A stretch of DNA of 64,000 nt, from positions 514,391-578,390 of the forward strand of contig CBDCKN010000003.1 in NCBI GenBank assembly GCA_965218295.1, read 5' to 3'. The translations under genes and the position numbers were made by a program. This document shows positions 41,105 through 49,636 of the stretch, in pieces. Under the pieces are notes generated by a model. It did not search any database and had not been told where the DNA came from. It saw only the letters and a list, made by a program, of their open reading frames with translations. The DNA comes from Longimicrobiales bacterium (lineage in GTDB: Bacteria > Gemmatimonadota > Gemmatimonadetes > Longimicrobiales > Gaopeijiaceae). Positions within the stretch are counted from its first letter, which is position 1, and every line of letters starts with the position of its first letter.

Positions 41105-41195
41105 CCGTTGGGGGGGTCAGAGGGGGCACAGCCCCCCGCCAGCCCCTGCCGGGGACCCGCGAAGCGTGGCCCCAAAGGGTAGGCTGGCTCATGAC
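41105..41195 (+). other. Candidate oriT (ColE1/MOB-HEN-like)
   Basis: GGGGGCACAGCCCCCC hairpin, CGCGAAGCG loop and AGGCTGGCT, in the order seen in ColE1-type bom sites. Confidence 0.4.
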
Positions 41196-41279
41196 TGCTA
41201 ACGGGTCGTGAGCCAGCCTTCGCGCCCCCGCTCTTCAGCGCCTGACGGACTCGTCCGCCCACACTGCGAGCGCGGCGGA

Positions 41280-42512
41280 TCAGCGAGCCGGTTCGGCCTC
41301 CGGGTCGCGACTCTTGTCGGCCAGGTACGCCGCCCAATCGTCCATGAGCCGGCGGCGGCGCTCGAACAGGTCCGTGCGCCGATAGGCTGCCTCGACTTTG
41401 TTCCGGACCACATGCGCCAGCGCGGCTTCGACGACTTCGCGCGGATGGTCCGTCTCCTCGGCCACCCAGTCGCGGAACGAAGACCGGAAACCGTGGGGCA
41501 CGGCCGCGATCTCGAGCTTCCGGAGTAGCCGGCGCAGCCGCTTGTCGAAAATCGGTTGGCCGTCGCCAAGAGTGAACACGAGGGGGCTGCCGTCTCCGAG
41601 CTTCCGAGCCTCCTCGAGGATCTCCGTCGCGCGGCCACATAGCGGTACCCGGTGCTCCCGCCTCGCCTTCATGCGCGCCGGGGGAACCGTCCACACCGCC
41701 TCCTTCCGATCGATCTCGACCCACTCGGCCCACCGCACCTCGCTCCACCTCGCCGCCGTCAGCACCAGGAACTCGAACGCCAGACGGACGGCTGGCTCCG
41801 CCTCCGATGTTCGTGCCGCCTCGATCGCCGATGCCACCTCGCGATGCGGCAACGCCCGCAGGTGCTGCACGACGTCATGCTGGGGGCTTAGCACCGAGCC
41901 GAGCCGGTCGCAGGGGTTGTCGGTCCTGAGCTCCATCGCTACTGCCCACTCCAGCACCGCCCGGATCCTCCACCGTACGTTTCGCGCCAAGGCCGCCTTC
42001 ACGTGCCAGATGGGTGTGAGGATCTCCAGCACGTCGGCGCTCGTCACCTCCGAGACCGCCATCTCGCCGATGCGCGGGAAGGCGTACCGCTCGAGGCTCG
42101 ACATCCAGTCGTGGGCCTGCTTCGGATTGCGCCAACCGGTCCGCTTCTGCTCCACCACCTTCGCGGCCGCTTCCGCAAAGCTCGGCATGCCCCGGGCGCG
42201 GCGTTTCTCCGCAAGGGGGTCGCCGCCCTCACGGGCCAACTTGCGGTTCGCTTGCGCCTTCTCACGCGCCTCGGCGAGCGAGACCAGCGCGACGCTGCCG
42301 AGTCCGAAGTCGCGACGCCGACCGCGGATGACCAGGCGTTGAACCCAGCTCCGGGCACCGCTCGGCTGAACGAAGAGGTAGAGCCCGTTACCGTCGCAAT
42401 GTCTGCCCGGCGGGGCCGTACGCACGAAGGCGGCCGACAGGGCCTTGTCGGGATGGCGGCCTTTAGGCTTGGTTTTCCGGGGCGGATCGGTGGTGTTCGT
42501 TACGGCATCCAT
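41280..42512 (-). CDS. P4-like tyrosine integrase (Arm DNA-binding domain)
   Basis: DGNGLYL, LTAAR.SE, RMK, HGFRSSFRDW, ALAH and AY. Confidence 0.95.
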   Translation of the reverse strand: MDAVTNTTDPPRKTKPKGRHPDKALSAAFVRTAPPGRHCDGNGLYLFVQPSGARSWVQRLVIRGRRRDFGLGSVALVSLAEAREKAQANRKLAREGGDPLAEKRRARGMPSFAEAAAKVVEQKRTGWRNPKQAHDWMSSLERYAFPRIGEMAVSEVTSADVLEILTPIWHVKAALARNVRWRIRAVLEWAVAMELRTDNPCDRLGSVLSPQHDVVQHLRALPHREVASAIEAARTSEAEPAVRLAFEFLVLTAARWSEVRWAEWVEIDRKEAVWTVPPARMKARREHRVPLCGRATEILEEARKLGDGSPLVFTLGDGQPIFDKRLRRLLRKLEIAAVPHGFRSSFRDWVAEETDHPREVVEAALAHVVRNKVEAAYRRTDLFERRRRLMDDWAAYLADKSRDPEAEPAR

Positions 42513-42705
42513 TACCTCATAATATAGGGGATGGAGCTGGATATCAAGGGATGTTATGAGGATTGGAAGGGACTGTTGAAAGATCGTAAAGTGCTCTAAT
42601 ACAGTATGTTATGTACTCTACTGGACGATATGAAGCGTCATAGGATTCTGCCTGGACGTGTAGGCGCAAGACGTGGCCGTGTCGTGGCTTACGCCGTAGC
42701 ACGCG

Positions 42706-42758
42706 TGCGCATCGCCGGAGGGCCAAAGTGCGCATCGGCCCCCCGCGTCGTTTGCGCA
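42706..42758. promoter_or_regulatory. Three TGCGCA boxes at 23/24-bp spacing downstream of the backbone gene
   Basis: Boxes at 42706, 42729 and 42753; same geometry as the other box triplets. Confidence 0.55.
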
Positions 42759-42787
42759 CTCCAGTGCGGCCGTAAGTCGCGCGCCGG

Positions 42788-43683
42788 TCATCGGTAGCGC
42801 GCCCCCGCGAGACGCACCGTCCGCCAGGTGCTGGCCCGCCGGATGGACCCGGGTCCGGGCTGGCGGCGCACCTGCTTCTCGAGCACGACGCTACGCTTCA
42901 TGGCGGCCTGCAGGCCTCCGAACTCCTCCAGGATCTGCACCGCGCCCTGAAGGATCGGCCGCTCGATCCGGGCCAGTTCCTCGCGGATCCCGGCGTCGGG
43001 CTCGCCGGGGCCGGAGGCTTCGGCCCAACCGCGCATCACGCGCCGGGCTCGCTCGAGCTCCCGCGAGGTGCGCGCGACGGCGACGACCTCGACGGACCGG
43101 CCTTGTCCCTGGAGCGCGTGCCAGAGCCCGCGGTGCGCCGCGCCCCAGGAGCGGAGCGCGGTCGCGGTGTCGTGGCCGGGATCGACGTAGACGAACACGG
43201 CGCGGCCCGAGTCCAGCGCGATGGGCAGTTGAGCGGGAAGCAGCGCCGGGTCGTGCCGGCGGCTCCCCGGTAAACCCGGACGGGCAGCGATGCGGGTTCG
43301 ATCCCGAGCGCCTCGAACGCTCCGACCTTCTCGTGCTCCGTGGCAAGCCAGGGCAGACCCGTGTGCTCGATCACATAGTCGAGCGAGAGCAGGCCCGCAT
43401 GAGCACGCCGGGAGACGCCGTGCGGCGGTGGCGGATGTGCTCGGCTCCGAGCACGCGATAGAGGCTCCGTGCGTAGATCCGGCACACGCGGCCGATCCCC
43501 CGGACGCGGGGCACGGTCTCCTCCGCTGCCGAGCCCTGCGCGATCAGCGCGTGGACGAGGCGGCGCGCCCGTTCGTGATGCGTGTCCAGGAACCGCGTCG
43601 CCTGCGCGCGGGTGAAGGCGCCGCTGTGGAGGCAGGCGAGCGCGATCCACTCGGCCTTGCGTTCCTTCCAGCCGGGCGATCAT
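42788..43683 (-). pseudogene. Integrative-element backbone protein (wHTH-like N-terminus, possibly replication/relaxation-like), frameshifted
   Basis: Stitched frames give AEWIALACLHSGAFTRAQ, LLSLDYVIEH..LPWLATEHEK and VFVYVDPG; paralog remnant at 29540. Confidence 0.6.
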
Positions 43684-43880
43684 CGCCCGTCCCCGGTCAC
43701 GAGCGCCCGGTCGACCTGGAGGTAGGTGATGAGGATGCCCATGGGGTTGTAGACGACGAGCTCGGGGGGGATGCGGTAGAGGAACTCGAACCGCAGCATG
43801 AGCGACCAGCGCTCGCGCCGGATCTCCTGTCCGTCCCTGAGGTGGACGAGATCGAAGTCGGCCGTCACCGTCCTCAACAA
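43680..43880 (-). pseudogene. VirB8/TrbF-like C-terminal fragment
   Basis: RERW....F......PELVVYNPMGILITY (NPxG motif). Confidence 0.55.
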
Positions 43881-43915
43881 CGTTTCTCATCGTCTGTTCG
43901 TTATCTCCTTAAGGG

Positions 43916-44155
43916 TCAGTGGGCGGCACTCTCCGTGTCCCGGCTTTCCGCGATCCGTTCGCGGATCCACTCGTCCACCTCCGCCTCGATCCAGCCCACG
44001 GCGCGCGAGCCCAGCGAGACCGGCCGGGGGAAGCGCCCCTCGGCCAGCCGCACCTGGATCGTGCTCCGCGCCAGCCCCGTGCGGGCCGTCACCTCCGGCC
44101 GCCGCAGGAAGCGGGTCGGCGGGTTCGTTCTCTGTTCGATCGGTTGTTCGGTCAT
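43916..44155 (-). CDS. AlpA-family transcriptional regulator/excisionase
   Basis: FLRRPEV.ARTGLARSTI, G.FPRPV.LG.RAVGW.E.EVDEW. Confidence 0.92.
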   Translation of the reverse strand: MTEQPIEQRTNPPTRFLRRPEVTARTGLARSTIQVRLAEGRFPRPVSLGSRAVGWIEAEVDEWIRERIAESRDTESAAH

Positions 44156-44432
44156 CGCTCTGCTCCTCCTCGTTCTCCTCGCCCGTGACGAAGGCTTCCG
44201 GACGCCGGTGCCCTCGGGGCGGAGTCCGAGGGCCGCCCGAGTCCAGGTCGTAGTCCGCCACGAACGCCAGAACCCGGTCCGCCGTTCTCAGCGACAGCGA
44301 GCGTCCTCCGTCGAGCTGGCGCATCAGGTTCGGGTCGCCCAGCGCCTTCATGCCGAACGTCGTCGGACTCACGCCCGTCAGCCCGAGGAACACCCTCACC
44401 CGCGAGTCGAACTGCTGCTCCAGCGTCTCCAT
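44152..44432 (-). CDS. Cro-like HTH protein (3' end uncertain)
   Basis: FLGLTGVSPTTFG..ALGDPNL..QL..GRS.SL.TAD.V. Confidence 0.65.
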
Positions 44433-44497
44433 GGCCGTACTGCTCCCGCGTCTTCATGGCCACAACGGTGAAGACCCGCATGCAAGGAAGTCAACTC

Positions 44498-44513
44498 TTA
44501 GGAAATGTCCTAA
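44498..44513. promoter_or_regulatory. Candidate operator TTAGGA-N4-TCCTAA upstream of the Cro-like gene
   Basis: Perfect 6-bp inverted repeat in an AT-richer intergenic patch. Confidence 0.45.
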
Positions 44514-44812
44514 ATGCCTGTAGCGGCTAGAGATAGCCAGTACGGTACGCGAGCTGTTGGATGGCTCCGCCAGTGGCATGGCAGACACACCCTCCGCAGC
44601 GCTCGCCAGAGGTTCCCGTCAAGGGTCTTAGGGCTCGACCGGAAGGTCGGCCCGGGCGCGGCCGACTTGGCGTCGCCCACACGGAAGTGACAGGTTTCAC
44701 ATGCCGGGGCGCGGGGCGGTCGCCGAGCGGCGTGCCGTGCCTGCCGCGGCAACGGATCAAGGGCTTCGAGAGCCGGTGTGGATGGCGGAGCCGCTGAGCA
44801 CGCGTCTGGCGC

Positions 44813-45223
44813 ATGGCTGAAGCACTGTTTCAGCGCCTGGCGGCCGAAGAGCGCCGTCATGCCTTGCGTGCCGCTCAAGCCGAATGCCCGCACCCGGCGT
44901 TTCTCCTCGAGAAAGACATCTGGGTGGTCGCAACCCTCGGCGTCCTGTTCGACGCCCCGTTCGGCTATCAGTTGGTGTTCAAGGGCGGCACCTCCTTGTC
45001 CAAGGTGTGGCGCGCGATCCGGCGGTTCTCGGAAGACATCGACATCACCTACGACATCCGCGGCTTCGCACCGGATCTGGTTGCCGGTGCCGGCGACGAG
45101 GCGCTGCCGCTCACGCGCAGTCAGGAGAGGCGCTGGACAAAGGCGATCCGTCCCCGGCTTGCCGAATGGGTCCGCGGGCGGGCCGGCCCGTTCGTCCAGG
45201 AAGGGCTTGCACGCGCCGGGTGA
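44813..45223 (+). pseudogene. AbiEii-family nucleotidyltransferase toxin, truncated
   Basis: LEKDIWVV, FKGGTSLSK and RFSEDIDI; stops at 136 aa. Confidence 0.85.
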
Positions 45224-45764
45224 CCTGACCCGACGTGGGACTTCTCGCCAGATGAATCGGCAACAGTGGATCATCCGACACTGACCGAGAGTACGCGCTA
45301 CCCGGGCATATTCACCGTCTCGTGCGCAGCCACGAACGGCCACCCGTCAGGAGGTTTCTCGGTATCCGCCAATGTAATGTACGGTGGAATAACGAAGTCC
45401 GCGGCGGCTGATCACGCCGCTCCCGACCCCGAGTACACCAAGATCTGCATGCCATAGGGGTTTCGCCGTTCTTGCACTAGGCAGGCCCGGCCGTGGTGGA
45501 TAACACCACGGCCGGTTGCTTCGCTGCGGGGTCAGACTCCCAGTACTCGAACTCCTGGGGAATCTGGCGCGTTTGGCGGGCCGGAATCCGGATCTGGTTC
45601 GCAGCATGCGTCGGGGGGATATGTGTCGAATGGCTAGGCTGGAGGCGTTGTACTGGGCGCTGGGCTACCGTGTGATGTTGGTCGTGGATCGGCCGCAGGC
45701 GGTTCCGTTCGATGAGGCTGTCGCTCTGGTGAGGGATTTGAAGGCGCAAACCGTTCGTGTTCGA

Positions 45765-46026
45765 GTGCACATGAGACATCGGGGTGCATGTGCACCGAAA
45801 CGCCATTTTCATGTGCGCGCCAGCGCTCCCTCATGTGGCTGCCTGTCTTACAGTTGCGGCACGGCCGCCGGAGCGGCGACGCCGCTCCGGAGCTTTCGGC
45901 CGTAGAAGGGAGCGACCCCCCCTTTGGGGATGCCTCGATCGGCATCGGGGAGGGCTGGCATGTGCACGCCCATGCCACCCTTCGCCGGGGGGTCGCTCCC
46001 GTGTCCATCAGTCCCTCGCGGGAAGG
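45765..46026 (-). repeat. Three boxes plus structured element, copy 4
   Basis: Boxes at 45765, 45790 and 45813; stem 45908-46000; leader (rc) ends at 46026. Confidence 0.85.
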
Positions 46027-46055
46027 CGATCGGGGAAGCGGCTGGCGCTGGGCGT

Positions 46056-46343
46056 CTACGTCTTTTTCGCTGGCTCGACGATGATTCGCCCGCGCCCGCG
46101 TTTGACCACATAGCCGCCGGAACGAATCGCAAGCTTGCCTTGCTCAACAAGGGACCAAAGACTTTCGGCGATCAACTCGGCGTTCCGGTCGCTCGCCCTT
46201 GCGGTTGCTTGCCGGGAGAGCCACTCGGCGAACGCCCGCTCGCCGATATCTTCGCCGACGGACTTGCGAAGTGCGTTCAGCTTGCGGAGGTGGCCCTTCG
46301 TTAGAGCACTCTCATCAATGTCCCTCGAGGATGTCTGCGGCAT
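46056..46343 (-). CDS. Small hypothetical protein
   Basis: 95-aa ORF with GGGAGAG RBS and protein-like composition. Confidence 0.6.
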   Translation of the reverse strand: MPQTSSRDIDESALTKGHLRKLNALRKSVGEDIGERAFAEWLSRQATARASDRNAELIAESLWSLVEQGKLAIRSGGYVVKRGRGRIIVEPAKKT

Positions 46344-46460
46344 AGCTCTCCCTTCCGTGATACTTATGTGCTGAGACCGTGGTCTGATTATAGCAGATTA
46401 GGGCCTTCGTCAACCTCCTCCCGCCGATGGGGTCTCCACGGCGGCTCTCCTTGAGGGGAG

Positions 46461-46760
46461 CTATTGATCTTCGATCCTTGTAAGCAGGTCCGCTAGGATG
46501 CGGCGAATCTTCCTGCCCACCTGGCAGACCTGACGAGCGGCCACGGGGGTCTCGGCATAGTAGTTTGCGTGGGCGAGGTGATCGCGCAGATCACGGATCT
46601 CATTGAAGCCGCGCTTTAGTTGCTTCCCACTTCCGGAAACCAGCTTTTCCTTGCATAGGATCGTGGCCTTGTCCGAGAGCTGAGTGAACATGATTGCGCT
46701 GACGAACCCGTCTTCCTGCTTGGCCGTGCCGATCTTCTTCAGGACTTCGTCCCGCCTCTC
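46461..46760 (-). pseudogene. HEPN-like C-terminal fragment
   Basis: IRDLRDHLAHAN contains Rx4H; 5' end lost at the IS remnant. Confidence 0.5.
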
Positions 46761-46913
46761 TTTTTACACACCTTTTGATCCTACCTCCGGGCCAGACCGA
46801 CCTCTGCCTCCCGCAGTGCAGTGATGATCTGCTCCGGAGTGTGTCGCTTCCTTCCCATCCTGACCTCCTCGCTGAAAAGCTTCAGACCAGGTCGATCCTA
46901 ACATTGCACCTGG

Positions 46914-48135
46914 TGTGCTGAGACGGTATTCACCTGACAGTTGACCACGAGAGAGGACGGTGGCCAGCCGCCCTCGCCGGAGCTAATTGAGAGATGTCGA
47001 AGTCACTCACTTAGCACGGGAGAGAAGATGACCACCGTCCAGGGGGAGAAGATAGCGCGCCGCAAGCTGAGCCTGCTACAGTTGGCCCAGGAGCTCGGCA
47101 ACGTGAGCAAGGCGTGCAAGATCGTGGGCTACAGCCGGCAGCAGTTCTACGAGATCAGGAGGAACTTCCAGCTTTACGGGGCCGAGGGGCTGATCGACCA
47201 GCTTCCGGGGCCGAAGGGACCGCACCCGAACCGGGTGAGTGAAGAGATTGAGCAGGCGGTCTTGGCCCACGCCTTGGAGGCTCCGACGCACGGAGCTCAG
47301 CGGGTCGCGGACGAGTTGCTGCTCGGAGGGATCCAGGTGAGCTCAGGAGGCGTACGGGGCGTGTGGAGCCTCACCACGAAGCACGAACGGCTGCTCAGGC
47401 TCGAAGAGACGGCCAGGGAACGGAAGCTGAAGCTGACCGACGAGCAGATCGAGCTGCTGGAGCGCTTCAGTCCCGAGTTCCGGGAGCGCCACATCGAAGT
47501 CCATTACCCGGGCGACCTCGTCGCCGTGGACACGTTCTTCGTCGGAACGCTGAAGGGGGTCGGCAAGGTGTACCTGCAGACCGTGCTCGATTGCTTCAGC
47601 CGCTACGCCTGGGGCCGGCTCTACACGAGCAAGCTCCCGCTCACGGCGGTGCAGGTGATGAATAACGACGTGTTGCCGTTCTTCGATGAGCACCGGGTCC
47701 GGGTGAAGACCGTGCTCAGCGACAACGGCCGCGAGTTCTGCGGCCGTCCGGACCGTCACCCATATGAGCTGTTCCTTCAGCTCGAGGACATCGAGCACCG
47801 CACGACGAAGGTGGGCAGGCCCCAGTCCAACGGCTTCATCGAGCGCTTCCACCGCACGCTCCTCGACGAGCACTTGAGGGTGAAGGGCCGCACCACCTGG
47901 TACGAGACCGTCGAGGAGATGCAGCAGGACCTCGAGGCGTATCTGGAGACCTACAACCGGAAGCGGCCGCACCGCGGTCGAGCCATGGAGGGCCGCACGC
48001 CCTATCAGGTCTTCAAGGCCGGTCTCACCGACGCCAGGAAGGCCGCAAAGGCCAGGAAGGAGGAGGCTAAGACGAAGGCAGCCTAGACACAGCTCCGGCG
48101 AGGGCCAACTGTCAGGTCATTACCATCTCTGTACA
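46914..48135 (+). mobile_element. IS481-family element, copy 1
   Basis: TGT...ACA ends; 7-bp TSD CACCTGG. Confidence 0.93.
47028..48086 (+). CDS. IS481 transposase (9-bp in-frame deletion versus the other copies)
   Basis: VDTFFVG, SDNGREF and PQSNG.IERFHRT; VWSLTTK versus VWSRHGLTTK. Confidence 0.93.
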   Translation: MTTVQGEKIARRKLSLLQLAQELGNVSKACKIVGYSRQQFYEIRRNFQLYGAEGLIDQLPGPKGPHPNRVSEEIEQAVLAHALEAPTHGAQRVADELLLGGIQVSSGGVRGVWSLTTKHERLLRLEETARERKLKLTDEQIELLERFSPEFRERHIEVHYPGDLVAVDTFFVGTLKGVGKVYLQTVLDCFSRYAWGRLYTSKLPLTAVQVMNNDVLPFFDEHRVRVKTVLSDNGREFCGRPDRHPYELFLQLEDIEHRTTKVGRPQSNGFIERFHRTLLDEHLRVKGRTTWYETVEEMQQDLEAYLETYNRKRPHRGRAMEGRTPYQVFKAGLTDARKAAKARKEEAKTKAA

Positions 48136-49636
48136 CACCTGGTCTCGTTTCAGGGGGTCAGGTCAACCTCCGCGACAAGGGTCGGAGAGGAGCATTGCCT
48201 GCTTGCTTCGTATGCCGGACACACCTATCTCCGGTTGTACTACGGGACAGCAATTCACCGATGTCAACTCGGATCCAACGATGGGATTCAGCAAAACGAT
48301 CAAGGAAAAAACTCTGGTTGCCGCAGGCAGACGGTGCTGCCTGTGCACACGCTATAAGGGTGTACGACTTGAGGTGCACCACATCGTCCCAACTAGCGAC
48401 GGTGGAACCGATGACTACGACAACGCCATTGCACTGTGCTTTGACTGCCATGCTGACGTAGGTCACTACAACCCACATCATCCCAGAGGGAACCGGTTTA
48501 CGCCTACCGAACTCAGAGAGCATCGTCGTCGCTTGTACCGTCAGATTAAGTCTGGAACCCTGTCTTCCACACCTCCGCAGGAACACTGGGCGTACTGCCG
48601 CTACCTCATATGCAAGAGTTTCTCAGCTCTCTCTGAAATCATCAACGGCGATCTTGCTCGCCTTCCTGTCGCAAGTCCACTTCTGGCCGATACCATCGCG
48701 CTGGACAATATCCGTCACATAGTTCACGTCCAAGGCAGCGACACTCGCGGAAGCAATGTCTACGGAGACCAGTTTCCCGATGTGGAGTCGTATTGTGTCA
48801 AGCATTCCTCCGCGCAAGTCCTCCGAGTCTCGGACACCCCCAACCATTCCTACTTCCAGGCGATTCGGATGCCGGAGGAGGCTGAGATCAGGACGCGCGT
48901 GGGGCCGTCAGATCCCCTAAGCATGTATCTACTGGATGCGGGAGCTTCGTCAGGAAATGTTTGTGTCGCACTAGGCTGCGATGATGCCTGTGGAGGCGGA
49001 TTTCAAGAACTGTACAAAACAAGACCAATATGGACTGCGTTCCTTGAGATTAGGAACATTAGCACAGATGCCGTGACACTGCGTCACTTGGATGGCCTAC
49101 TCGACATCACCGAACGTGGACTATAGAGAGGTCGCCATCCATACGGGGACTTCCTGGTCAATGCAACTACCGTCCGCACCCATACTGCCTGACCATTCTG
49201 TCCTTGTGCCGCTTGGCGTGCTTCTTGGTCCATTGAGACAGCGCCTTCCCGCGGCTATTCGAAGCGAAGATTATGAACTTGCTCACGGCCATTATCAGGA
49301 GGTAGATCGAGTAGACTATTCCTCCGTTACTTCCAAGATGGGACTGCTAGGTCCAATGATCTGGCCTTCGTCGATAACAGCAACGTTCGGCAATGTTTCG
49401 GTCGTGCAGCAGCTCCATGAGTTGGATATGTCTAATCTATATGCGATAGACAGACACTGGGCGATGGGCAGTTGCCCATTTCTCTTCCTTAGATCTCACG
49501 ATGATAAACTGATATACGTCAGAGAATTATTCGCCGGAGAACCAACTGTACGATCTCACGATACAATCACAGTGCCCCCGGGAGTTACGAGTATGATCGT
49601 GGCCGAGCTTGAGCGTGAGACAACGTACATTGAATC

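Larger units (their letters stand above)
46780..48165 (-). mobile_element. IS3-family (IS407-like) left-end remnant split by IS481
   Basis: IR TGACCTGACCCCCTGAAACGAGACCA at 48165; orfA start KRHTPEQIITALREAEV around 46790-46855. Confidence 0.65.
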
